Source of the DNA: an uncultured Pseudomonadales bacterium
GTDB lineage: Bacteria; Patescibacteriota; Microgenomatia; UBA1400; CAYXSR01
Assembly: GCA_964430265.1 (NCBI GenBank)
Contig: CAYSEI010000001.1
Coordinates: 154,786 to 218,785 of the forward strand
Length of the DNA: 64,000 nucleotides
Direction of reading: 5' to 3'
The notes below the pieces were generated by a model. It searched no databases. It was given only the letters and a program-made list of their open reading frames with translations, and had not been told where the DNA came from. Below, in pieces: positions 41,166 to 50,322 of this stretch (within the stretch, counting starts at the first letter, position 1; each line of letters opens with the position of its first letter). Both the position numbers and the translations under genes were made by a program.

Positions 41166-41511
41166 CTTTTTTCTCCCAAAAGCTTCCTAAGACTCCGTTC
41201 ACAAATTTGGGGGAATTTTCACTTCCGTATTCTTTTGCCAGTTCTACAGCTTCATCAATAACTACTTTTGGTGGTGCTTGTTTGCTGATTAATTCGTAAA
41301 CTGCCAGTCTGAGGATTGCTAAATCAACTTTGTTTAATTTTTCAATCGGCCATTCAGGAGCATACTTACGGATAATTTTATCGAGTTCTTGTTTTTTTTC
41401 CAAAATCGGTTGGATTACAGAACTATCTTCAGATTCATGAAAAGTGTATTCATAAAGCTTTTTTATTATTTTTGCCCTTTTTTTATGCCGGGGATCATGA
41501 GCGGTTTTCAT
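41155..41511 (-). CDS. nusB: Transcription antitermination factor NusB
   Basis: RRKARELALQ-like core (RHKKRAKIIKKLYE) and AILRLAVYEL. ATG at 41511 overlaps the rpmF stop (TGATG). Confidence 0.85.
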   Translation of the reverse strand: MKTAHDPRHKKRAKIIKKLYEYTFHESEDSSVIQPILEKKQELDKIIRKYAPEWPIEKLNKVDLAILRLAVYELISKQAPPKVVIDEAVELAKEYGSENSPKFVNGVLGSFWEKKDED

Positions 41512-41669
41512 CAATATTTTTTACAATTTTTACAAACCGTATGAGGTTTTTTGTAAGATTCACAATGACGGCATTTGATAAGGTTAGGGACAAAAAGGTT
41601 TTTACTTTCATCTTGTCTTCTTTTCCCTTTTCTTCTGGTTGATATTCTTACTTTTGGTACTGCACCCAT
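41511..41669 (-). CDS. rpmF: 50S ribosomal protein L32 (missed by the 60-aa ORF cutoff)
   Basis: Manual translation: MGAVPKVRISTRRKGKRRQDESKNLFVPNLIKCRHCESYKKPHTVCKNCKKY (52 aa). bL32 hallmarks are AVPK, the basic RRKxKRR stretch and the Cys4 knuckle. Confidence 0.8.
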   Translation of the reverse strand: MGAVPKVRISTRRKGKRRQDESKNLFVPNLIKCRHCESYKKPHTVCKNCKKY

Positions 41670-41693
41670 TTTTATTTTCCAATTTATTAACTA

Positions 41694-43763
41694 CTAGTTT
41701 GCTTCAATGAACCTTATTTTATAATTTTCTATCTTTTCTTTCAAGAGGGGATATTCTTTTAATTCCGGAATAATTGATTTTGCTGCTTTTCTTGTTGTCT
41801 CAATTAATTTTTGGTCAGAAAAACTGGCTATTTTAAGTTCAGGCCATCCTGATTGTTTTGTACCGTATATTTCCCCGGGTCCCCTTAGTTCAAGGTCAAT
41901 CTCTGCCAGCTTAAACCCGGAATTGTAATTTTCCATAGCTTTGAGTCTTTTTTCTGATTTTTCTGTATTGGTTTCGGCAAACAACAAGCAGTAAGACTGT
42001 TTATGTGATCTGCCGACTCTTCCTCTTAACTGGTGTAATTGAGCTAAACCAAATCTTTGCGCGTCCTCAATTATCATAATAGTAGCATTGGGAATATCAA
42101 TCCCCACTTCCACTACTTGTGTAGCAACTAAAATATCAAGATCGCCCTTTTTAAACTTATTCAACCTTTTGTCCTTTTCATCCGCTTTTATTTTTCCGTG
42201 GATTAGACCAATATTTAAGTTCGGATAAATACTTTGTGAAAGTTTCTGGTACTCAGCTTTTGCAGCCTTAATGTCCTCCATTCCTTCCTTGTCCGATTCT
42301 TCAATTAAAGGACAGATAACAAAAACCTGCGAATTTTCCTTTTTAATTTGTTTTTTAACCCATTCATAAGCTGCTCCTCTTTTTCTTTGCGGAACCAGCC
42401 ACGTTTTAACTTCCTTTCTTCCTTTGGGCATTTCGTCCAATACTGACAAATCAAGATCGCCGTACATAGTCAAAGCAATTGTTCTGGGAATCGGGGTTGC
42501 AGTCATTGTTAATGTATGCGGTGCTCTGCCCTTTTGTATTAATTTACCTCTTTGCTGTACTCCAAAGCGGTGTTGTTCGTCTATTACGGCTAGACCTAAG
42601 CGGTCAAAATCTATTTTTTCATAGATTAATGAGTGTGTGCCTACTAAAATGTCACTCTTTGCTAAGATCTCTTCTAATGATGCCTCAGAGTTTAAATTTG
42701 TTTGTGTTCTATTACTGGTAATCAAACCAATCTTAACGTCAAAACCGGATAAAAGTGTTTTTAAAGTTTTAAAATGCTGTTCTGCTAAAATTTCGGTTGG
42801 TGCCATAATCGCGGTTTGAAAATTATTTAAATATGCAGTGTAAGCTGCAATTGATGCGACCACGGTTTTACCTGATCCTACGTCGCCTTCAAGAAGTCTG
42901 TTCATCGGCTGGTTCTTATTTAGGTCACTTAAAATATCTTTAGTTACCCTTTTTTGTGCATTTGTAAGTGTAAAAGGTAAAGAATCAACAAATTCAAGCA
43001 CTTTTTCTTGGTCTACAGAAAAAGCATGGCTGACTTTGCTTTTTTTCCATTGCTTTTTGCGCAGTAAAGCATTAGTCTGCATTAAAAATAGTTCGTCAAA
43101 TCCAAGTCTTTTTTGGGCAATTTCTACTTCTTCCCTACTCTGCGGGAAATGAATCATTTTTAAAGCGTCCTGCAATGAAATCAAGTTATATTTATCAATG
43201 ATTTTATCCGGCATCCAATCATTAATATATGGAAGGAGTTTTTTTACCAACGGATGGATTCTAGACCGCAGCCATTTGGAAGAAACTCCATAAGTTTCCG
43301 GATAAATCGGCACTAAACGTCCGGTATGCAAGGTTTTTTTCCGGGATTGGTTTTTTAATATTTCATAAGTGGGAGAGGTCATCACTATTTGGTTTCTGAA
43401 GGTATCGACTTTTCCGGATACCGATACTTTGATACCGGGTTTAAGTGTTTTTTCCAGATAGGGCTGGTTAAACCAGGTTATTTTTATTTGTCCGCTATCA
43501 TCCTGCAAAAGCGCGCGTTGGATTTTTTTACCTCTTGAAGTACGTACGTTTTTACAATACATGATTTCTCCCTGAAGTGTAACTTTATCTCCGGGACGGA
43601 CTGCTTCGATTGGAGTAATTTGGCTCCTGTCTTCCCAGCGGTGGGGAAAATGGTAAAGAAGGTCCCGAGCTTTTTGAATGTTTAAACGCGTTAAACGTTT
43701 AGCATATGTATCCCCAATCATAAAAAGATCGGTTGTAGGTGTATTTAAGGTTAAGCTACTCAT
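41694..43763 (-). CDS. recG: ATP-dependent DNA helicase RecG
   Basis: Wedge/OB domain, then SF2 helicase motifs: GDVGSGKT, DEQHRFG, and the C-terminal HQLRGRVGR. Confidence 0.9.
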   Translation of the reverse strand: MSSLTLNTPTTDLFMIGDTYAKRLTRLNIQKARDLLYHFPHRWEDRSQITPIEAVRPGDKVTLQGEIMYCKNVRTSRGKKIQRALLQDDSGQIKITWFNQPYLEKTLKPGIKVSVSGKVDTFRNQIVMTSPTYEILKNQSRKKTLHTGRLVPIYPETYGVSSKWLRSRIHPLVKKLLPYINDWMPDKIIDKYNLISLQDALKMIHFPQSREEVEIAQKRLGFDELFLMQTNALLRKKQWKKSKVSHAFSVDQEKVLEFVDSLPFTLTNAQKRVTKDILSDLNKNQPMNRLLEGDVGSGKTVVASIAAYTAYLNNFQTAIMAPTEILAEQHFKTLKTLLSGFDVKIGLITSNRTQTNLNSEASLEEILAKSDILVGTHSLIYEKIDFDRLGLAVIDEQHRFGVQQRGKLIQKGRAPHTLTMTATPIPRTIALTMYGDLDLSVLDEMPKGRKEVKTWLVPQRKRGAAYEWVKKQIKKENSQVFVICPLIEESDKEGMEDIKAAKAEYQKLSQSIYPNLNIGLIHGKIKADEKDKRLNKFKKGDLDILVATQVVEVGIDIPNATIMIIEDAQRFGLAQLHQLRGRVGRSHKQSYCLLFAETNTEKSEKRLKAMENYNSGFKLAEIDLELRGPGEIYGTKQSGWPELKIASFSDQKLIETTRKAAKSIIPELKEYPLLKEKIENYKIRFIEAN

Positions 43764-43882
43764 TTACTCAATTTTACTGAAAAAAGGAAAGAATGGGTAA
43801 AAGAGAGCTGGCAAGCATTGAAAATGCTACCAGGGATATTAAAACGATCTTTATCAGTTTGATCTTTTTTTTCCTTTTCATT

Positions 43883-45073
43883 TTACTCCGTTAATTTTAT
43901 CCAACGATTTTTACCTACATTTATTATATCACCTTTTTTAACTTCAGTTTTACCTCTTTTTTTCACCTTTTCTTGGTTTATTTCCACGGCATTGTTTCTT
44001 ATCCACCTTTTAGCTTGGGATTTACTGTCAGTAAAACCGACTTCTACTAAAAGGTCTCTTAATTTCAGCGGATTTGCTGATAAATCCGCAATTGGAAAAG
44101 TTTCCATTTGACTCGGTAGATTATTGCCTTGAAAAACTTTTTCAAATTCTTTTTTGGCTTTTTTTGCTTTATCCTCGGAATGCAGCATTTTTACTATTTC
44201 AAATGCCAAATCCTTTTTTGCTTGCATTGGGTCTTTGTTAACCAATGATCGATATTTCTCTACCCTGTCTAAAGAAATAGTGGTAATTAATTTAAAGCAT
44301 GGTACAACCAATTCGTCAGGAAGACTCATGATTTGCCCGTAAAGCTCGTCTGCTGGGTTAGTAATATTTATTGCATTTCCTCCTGTTTTGCTAATCTTGG
44401 TTCCGTCGGATCCGACAAGAAGCTTTGTGGTTATAACAAACTTTTCCTTGTCCAGGATTTGTTTTTCCAGTTTTCTGCCGATCATCATATTAAACATCTG
44501 GTCCGTACCGCCGATTTCTGCATCCACTTCCATTGCTACGGAATCATATCCTTGTACCAGCGGATATAGAAACTCGTTTAAATATATTTCTCGGTTATTT
44601 TTTAATCTTTCCTGGAACATGTCTCTTTCAATCAACTGTTGTACGGTTAGCTGTTTTGCAAGTCCCAAAACATCGGCAAAATCAAGCTTTTCATTCCATT
44701 CAGAATTAAACTTTAGCTGTATTGGATTGTCGCCTGTAAAGTCCAGGATTAACCCGGCTTGTTCTTCATAAGTTTTGGCGTTTTCCAAAACTTGTTTCTT
44801 TGTCAAAGTTTTTCTGGCTGTTGTTTTACCGCTGGGGTCACCGATCATGCCGGTAAAATCACCGATTAAAAATATTACTTCATGTCCCATTTCCTGGAAT
44901 TGTTTTAATGTCAGTAATCCTACCAAATGACCAATATGTAAATTGGGTTTTGAAGGGTCAAAACCCTGGTAAATACGGATTTTTTTCTTTTTGCGCAGTT
45001 TTTCTTCCAGCTCTTTTTCTGAAGGATATATTTTTGCAATTCTTCTGGTTAACAGTTCTTTTATTTTATCCAT
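43883..45073 (-). CDS. tyrS: Tyrosine--tRNA ligase
   Basis: Class I HIGH motif PNLHIGHLVG, KMSKS variant KISKTGG, and a C-terminal S4-like domain. Confidence 0.9.
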   Translation of the reverse strand: MDKIKELLTRRIAKIYPSEKELEEKLRKKKKIRIYQGFDPSKPNLHIGHLVGLLTLKQFQEMGHEVIFLIGDFTGMIGDPSGKTTARKTLTKKQVLENAKTYEEQAGLILDFTGDNPIQLKFNSEWNEKLDFADVLGLAKQLTVQQLIERDMFQERLKNNREIYLNEFLYPLVQGYDSVAMEVDAEIGGTDQMFNMMIGRKLEKQILDKEKFVITTKLLVGSDGTKISKTGGNAINITNPADELYGQIMSLPDELVVPCFKLITTISLDRVEKYRSLVNKDPMQAKKDLAFEIVKMLHSEDKAKKAKKEFEKVFQGNNLPSQMETFPIADLSANPLKLRDLLVEVGFTDSKSQAKRWIRNNAVEINQEKVKKRGKTEVKKGDIINVGKNRWIKLTE

Positions 45074-45093
45074 TTGTGTTTCCTTTCTTAATT

Positions 45094-46182
45094 TTAGAAT
45101 AAACTAGCTGTTTTGTCTAATAATATGAAATTTTTTAAGATTTTGGCAAATGTAAACAAGCTGGGTAAATGGATTTTCTCTTTTTCACTGTGTGCTCCCG
45201 TGCCTTTAGGCGAAGTTATTATTACGGGAATTTTTAATTGTGAGAAAAATCTAGCGTCTGAAGCACCACATTCATTTACAAGTTTAATTTTTCTTTTTAA
45301 CTCTTTTTCCGCTTCATTTTTCCAGATATTAATAAATTCACTTTTTCTGGAAACCTGAAACAATAAACCTTTATCAATAAATTCCAGTTGACAGTCATTT
45401 TGAGCACATATTTTCTTAATTTTTTTGATCAAAAGACTATTTTCTGCTTTTTCTATAAGTCTAACGTCAAAAAAAGCTTTACTTTCCTCCGGAATCTGAT
45501 TAAAAGCTTTGCCGGCTTCAAGTTTTGTTAAGCACAAAGTATTGCTGTTTTTGTTGTTGTTTCTTTTTTGAAGAATTCTATTTATCACGGGGATTATTTC
45601 TTCCAGGGGGTTTTTTCCCCTCCACGGCTGTGATGCGTGAGCGGAAACGCCTTTTTTTGTGATGCAGAAATGCAAAGGCGCTTTTTGCAGTTTTACGATG
45701 TCAAAATTAATCTGTGAGTCGGGAATGACAACTACTTTACAATCTTTGAACTTCACAGCCAATTTTGCAGCACCGTTAAATCCTCCGATTTCCTCATCCG
45801 AATTAATCATCAGGGCAAGGGGCAGATCTGGCTTTTGTTTTAGAACCTTAATAAATGTAATTATTAAAGCGGCTAAAGGGCCTTTCATGTCAATTGCTCC
45901 GCGTCCCAGAATCCAGGCTTTTTTTATTTTAGGCTTAAACATTTTTTTACTTCCCGGAACAACGTCAATATGGCCGCACAAAACAAGTTTGGGTTTTTTC
46001 TTTGTCTTGGCAATTAAAGACAAAAATCCATTTATTTCACAAATCTTAATATTAATGTTTTTAAGATCTTTTCTTAATACTTCTTTTATCTTTATTAATG
46101 CTTTTTCAGTTTCTTTTTTGTTGCCTGTAACTGTATTCTGTTCAATCAGTTCCAAACAAAGTTTTTTTATCTTCTTGTTCAT
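45094..46182 (-). CDS. M20-family metallopeptidase / aminoacylase (ArgE/DapE-like)
   Basis: Metal-binding motifs LCGHIDVVPG and GRGAIDMKG, then NSDEEIGG. Confidence 0.65.
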   Translation of the reverse strand: MNKKIKKLCLELIEQNTVTGNKKETEKALIKIKEVLRKDLKNINIKICEINGFLSLIAKTKKKPKLVLCGHIDVVPGSKKMFKPKIKKAWILGRGAIDMKGPLAALIITFIKVLKQKPDLPLALMINSDEEIGGFNGAAKLAVKFKDCKVVVIPDSQINFDIVKLQKAPLHFCITKKGVSAHASQPWRGKNPLEEIIPVINRILQKRNNNKNSNTLCLTKLEAGKAFNQIPEESKAFFDVRLIEKAENSLLIKKIKKICAQNDCQLEFIDKGLLFQVSRKSEFINIWKNEAEKELKRKIKLVNECGASDARFFSQLKIPVIITSPKGTGAHSEKEKIHLPSLFTFAKILKNFILLDKTASLF

Positions 46183-47207
46183 ATTTCCTTTCTAAACAAA
46201 TTTTCTATTTTCATAATTGCTTGTTCCATTTGCGGAGAAAAGCAATCGGTTGCCAGTTCCACAGGAGCCAACAGAGTATCTTTTTTAAGCTTTCCCATTA
46301 AAAGGGTTAATGGTTTTCTCCAATCAAAACCGCAGGCAATAAAACCGCTTTCCATAAGTCTTTGGATTGAAGAAAAATTACTTTTTGTCAATTGAAGCGG
46401 TGCCAGTAAAAATTTATGTTTGGCTTCAGATAGTGCTTGAGAAAGTCTTTTTCCTTTTTTATCCGGAAGTAACACTGAAAATGGTCCTTGATTGCTTACG
46501 GAGAAAGTTGTTTGTCCTGCTTTTTCATTTGGTTCCTCAAATGAAATTTCTGTAAAAGGAAATAGAGATTGGGTAATTTTTATCAATGCTTCATAGTCGT
46601 TCAGTTGAACGGGTAGGGTAATTTTTTGAGGACAGGCAAATTTTTTCAGGATCGAGAAACAGAAAAATTCGTGTCTGTCCGGTCCTTTTGGCCCGGGATG
46701 ATGAAATGCAGGTAAAATAGCATGCGGTGTCATGCCAATATTTTTTATAGCAGTTGCTTGAGACCCTTGACCTCCTTCAATATCTTCAAAATCTGCTGAC
46801 AAGCGTATTTCAGCTGTTAAAGGTTTTGTCCTGCCCATGTGACTTTTTGCAGCTTCCATCATTAATATGCTTGCCTTTTTACCGTTTTCCGGATGATTTG
46901 CGGCTCTGCCGATTTCAACATTATCTTTATGTTGAACAAGAGCTGTACAAGCAGTAAATTCACCCAAATTATTTTGTAAAAACCAGGGTATAACTTTTTG
47001 ACTACGGATAGAGTCTTCTGTTTCCTCTATTGAAGGAAGAAGGTTGTGCCTACCGTAAACTGCAGAAAGTATCTGTGTTATTGCTTCTGCTGCTTGATCA
47101 TGCGGAATATCCCCGGGCATGATAATTTTATTATCTAAAGGGATTTCTTCCCTTTTTCTGCTAAGAGTATCCAGAAACTCTGGTTTACAATGGTTTAAAG
47201 TTTCCAT
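46179..47207 (-). CDS. Hypothetical 342-aa protein, first gene behind the putative T-box leader
   Basis: Unbroken ORF that overlaps the M20 gene start by 4 nt. No motif recognised. Confidence 0.5.
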   Translation of the reverse strand: METLNHCKPEFLDTLSRKREEIPLDNKIIMPGDIPHDQAAEAITQILSAVYGRHNLLPSIEETEDSIRSQKVIPWFLQNNLGEFTACTALVQHKDNVEIGRAANHPENGKKASILMMEAAKSHMGRTKPLTAEIRLSADFEDIEGGQGSQATAIKNIGMTPHAILPAFHHPGPKGPDRHEFFCFSILKKFACPQKITLPVQLNDYEALIKITQSLFPFTEISFEEPNEKAGQTTFSVSNQGPFSVLLPDKKGKRLSQALSEAKHKFLLAPLQLTKSNFSSIQRLMESGFIACGFDWRKPLTLLMGKLKKDTLLAPVELATDCFSPQMEQAIMKIENLFRKEI

Positions 47208-47500
47208 ATTGCCCCCTTAATTTACTAATAAAGGGGCGAAGAATGCGCGGTACCACCCTACTTCACTTTGTTAAAAGCCACAAAAAAACTCTGGTGTCAC
47301 CAGAGTTAAACAGCTTAACAAAGTCTTTTTTTGACATGCTCTGTTTCTAGTGTGACACATGTTAGCAATATCACGGTTGCAACCGTCAAGGCTTACTTTT
47401 TGATTCGGCCTTGCTGCTCCGGAGGGTATTTCCTAGAATTTATACGGCGGATCTTTCAGCAACCGTCCGCTCTCTGGTGTCACTAAATTCTATTTAGTTC
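47208..47500 (-). promoter_or_regulatory. Putative T-box riboswitch leader (translational type) for the hyp-M20-tyrS operon
   Basis: Minus-strand RNA contains UAGGGUGGUACCGCG (rc of 47255-47268). It can fold as an antiterminator: A1 AGGG/CCCU, bulge UGGUACC, A2 GCG/CGC. The alternative hairpin CGCCCCUUUAUUAGUAAAUUAAGGGGGC sequesters the SD AAGGGGG, 9 nt before the ATG at 47207. Upstream stem-loops include a perfect CUCUGGU-GAC-ACCAGAG hairpin. Confidence 0.5.
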
Positions 47501-47655
47501 TCCTCTTTCTATGCATTTGTCAATTGTAATTTAGTAGTTTAAACAAAAAGGATTTGCTTGTCAAATCCAGTTATTTAAAACAGAAGTAAAACCAGATAAT
47601 TATGAATGTTTAAAGGGTTGTATAAAAACATGGATTTTGCTAAACTAAACAGGAT

Positions 47656-50322
47656 ATGAGTTGGAAACGTACATGGAAACGACGCATCAGTAAGATAAAA
47701 TCAGGGATCTCCTTTAAAAAAGGCAAATGGAACAGGGCAAAAGTTATTAAAACCCTTGCTATTTTAGCCTTTTTGGGAGCTTTTACCCTGTTTTTTGCAA
47801 CTTTCATCCTTTTTGCCTGGTATGCAAAGGATCTTCCCAAGCCAAACAAAATTGTCAGGCATGAGGGTTTTGCAACCAAAATTTTTGACCGTGACGGCGA
47901 ACTGCTTTATGATGTTTTTGCAGATCAAAGACGTGTTCCTGTGGAAATTGATGAGGTTCCTGAAGATTTAAGGCATGCAACAATTGCAATTGAGGACAAA
48001 AATTTTTATGAACACAGCGGATTTGACCTTTTGGGTTGGGTACGTGCTCTTTACAGAATTGTAGTCTACCGCCGCTTGGAAGGTGGATCCACCTTAACCC
48101 AACAGCTTGTGAAAAATGTTTTGCTTTCTCCAAAAAGAACAATTGGCAGAAAAGTAAAAGAATTTGTTTTGGCGGTTCAAATTGAGAATAAATATACAAA
48201 AGACGAGATTTTGCAGATGTATCTTAATGAAGCTCCATATGGAGGAACTGCTTGGGGTGTTGAGGCAGCTGCGGAAATGTATTTTGGCAAACATGTTGCT
48301 GATCTGGATTTAGTTGAATCAGCTATACTCGCAGGATTGCCGCAAAGACCATCGTTTTATTCGCCTTACAGTGATCATCCGGATGCATGGAAAGGAAGAA
48401 CTCAACATGTTTTAAGAAGAATGCGTGAGGACGGATACGTTTCAAAGGAAAAGGAAGAGGAAGCTTTGGAAAAGCTTGATGAAGTTGATTTTGCCACTCC
48501 AAGCCAGGAAATGAAAGCCCCGCATTTTGTAATGTATGTTAAAAGACAATTGGAAGAAAAATACGGCAGAAGGTTGATTGAACAGGGAGGATTAAAAATA
48601 ACTACTTCCCTGGATTGGAAGCTTCAGGAAGAGGCTCAGGAAATTGTAAAAACAGAGATTGAAAAAGTTGAAGAACCACTCCATATTACCAATGGAGCAG
48701 CAATGGTAATGGATCCTACGACCGGTGAAATATTAAGTATGGTGGGTTCAAAAGATTTTTTTGCGGAAGATTATGACGGACAAGTTAATGTTACTCTTTC
48801 CAAGCGTCAGCCGGGATCCTCAATTAAGCCGATTACCTATGTAACCGCATTTAAAAAAGGATACAATCCCGCAACTATGATTGTGGATGCGGAAACACGC
48901 TTTTCCGGCGGTACGGGTGGAAAAGATTATGTTCCCAAAAACTATGATGGCAAATTCCATGGTCCTGTACAAGTCAGGCAAGCACTAGGTAGTTCTTTAA
49001 ATATTCCGGCAGTTAAGATGCTGGCAATGACAGGTTTGGAAAATGTTTTGCAAACTGCTTATGAAATGGGATTTGATTATTTAAAACCGACAGATGCAAC
49101 TATGAGAAGATTGGGACTTTCATTTACTTTGGGAGGCGGAGAGGTTAGGCTAATAGATATGGCTTCAGCCTACTCTACTTTTGCAAATAGTGGTAAAAAA
49201 GTAAGCCCGGTGTCGATTTTAAAAGTTGAAGACAGGCAAGGGAATGTATTGGAGGAATTTAAACCAATTAAAGGCGAGCAGGTTTTGTCACCCGGCGAAG
49301 CATATTTAATTACCGATATTTTATCCGACAACAATGCGCGATTATTGACTTTTGGACAAAACAGTCTTTTAAATATGCCCGGAAGAACAGTGGCGGTTAA
49401 GACCGGAACAACCGATGATATGCGTGATAACTGGGCAATCGGCTGGACGCCTAAGTTTATAACCGCAGTATGGGTTGGAAATAATGACAATTCTACCATG
49501 AAAAGAGTTGCTTCAGGAATCTCCGGGGCATCTCCAATTTGGAGACAGATTATGCTTGCCATTTTCCGGGAAAATCCGGTTAGGGAGTTTGAGGTCCCTG
49601 ATAATGTAATTAATCAGGAAGTTGATGTTATTTCCGGATATCCTGCACACGACGATTTTCCGTCAAGAAATGAATATTTTGTTAAAGGCACTATACCCCA
49701 AGGAGAAGATCCAATTCACAAGAAGATGAAGATTTGTAAAAGTGATAATAATAAATTAGCACCAAAAACATTAATTGAAAAAGGTGAATATGATGAAAAG
49801 GAATTTATAGTTTTAAAAGAAAACGATTCGGTAAGCGGAGACGGAAAAAACCGTTGGCAGGAAGGAATAAATAGCTGGATAGAAAATCAAGGAGATCAGC
49901 GTTATCACTACCCAACTGAATATTGTGATGCAGATCAAGAATTAATTGTAAAAATTAAAGACCCGGACGACAAGGAAAAAATTGACAGCAACGAAGTTAA
50001 AGTGGAAGCGGAAGTAATCAGTAACAAATCCGTTGATAGACTTGAAATTTATGTAAACGACGACAAAAAAGAAACCTTAAGAAGCAGGCCTTACAAAACT
50101 AATTTTGTATTATCCGAAGGAACATATGAAATAAAAGTGAAAGTTTATGACTCGGACGGAAATAAAGACGAGTCCAGTGTCAGAATTGGTGTTAAAAAAG
50201 AATGGGACTGGTCTCCGGATCCCTCACCTTCACCTGAGCCGACACCTGAACCGTCTCCGAATCCCTCGCCTTCTCCTGAACCAGCTGAACCGAGCCCTTC
50301 ACCTGAAGCAGCGGAAGATTAA
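47656..50322 (+). CDS. Class A penicillin-binding protein (PBP1A-type transglycosylase/transpeptidase) with C-terminal extension
   Basis: GT51 motifs EDKNFYEHSGFD and the RKVKEFVLA region. Transpeptidase motifs SGSSIKP (SxxK) and KTGTT. Also a ~200-aa C-terminal Ig-like region and a PSPEP-rich tail. Confidence 0.9.
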   Translation: MSWKRTWKRRISKIKSGISFKKGKWNRAKVIKTLAILAFLGAFTLFFATFILFAWYAKDLPKPNKIVRHEGFATKIFDRDGELLYDVFADQRRVPVEIDEVPEDLRHATIAIEDKNFYEHSGFDLLGWVRALYRIVVYRRLEGGSTLTQQLVKNVLLSPKRTIGRKVKEFVLAVQIENKYTKDEILQMYLNEAPYGGTAWGVEAAAEMYFGKHVADLDLVESAILAGLPQRPSFYSPYSDHPDAWKGRTQHVLRRMREDGYVSKEKEEEALEKLDEVDFATPSQEMKAPHFVMYVKRQLEEKYGRRLIEQGGLKITTSLDWKLQEEAQEIVKTEIEKVEEPLHITNGAAMVMDPTTGEILSMVGSKDFFAEDYDGQVNVTLSKRQPGSSIKPITYVTAFKKGYNPATMIVDAETRFSGGTGGKDYVPKNYDGKFHGPVQVRQALGSSLNIPAVKMLAMTGLENVLQTAYEMGFDYLKPTDATMRRLGLSFTLGGGEVRLIDMASAYSTFANSGKKVSPVSILKVEDRQGNVLEEFKPIKGEQVLSPGEAYLITDILSDNNARLLTFGQNSLLNMPGRTVAVKTGTTDDMRDNWAIGWTPKFITAVWVGNNDNSTMKRVASGISGASPIWRQIMLAIFRENPVREFEVPDNVINQEVDVISGYPAHDDFPSRNEYFVKGTIPQGEDPIHKKMKICKSDNNKLAPKTLIEKGEYDEKEFIVLKENDSVSGDGKNRWQEGINSWIENQGDQRYHYPTEYCDADQELIVKIKDPDDKEKIDSNEVKVEAEVISNKSVDRLEIYVNDDKKETLRSRPYKTNFVLSEGTYEIKVKVYDSDGNKDESSVRIGVKKEWDWSPDPSPSPEPTPEPSPNPSPSPEPAEPSPSPEAAED

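Noticed and set aside
47208-47655. RNase P RNA, tmRNA or SRP RNA in the 450-nt intergenic region
   Set aside because: No RNase P P4 consensus, no tRNA-like 3' end or tag ORF, and no SRP domain IV motif is present. The T-box core and antiterminator/sequestrator geometry explain the conserved-looking sequence better.
47640-47879. 79-aa minus-strand ORF spanning the PBP1A start
   Set aside because: It lies antisense to the well-supported PBP1A N-terminus and to the T-box-side intergenic region. It has no motif or RBS, so it is likely a chance ORF.
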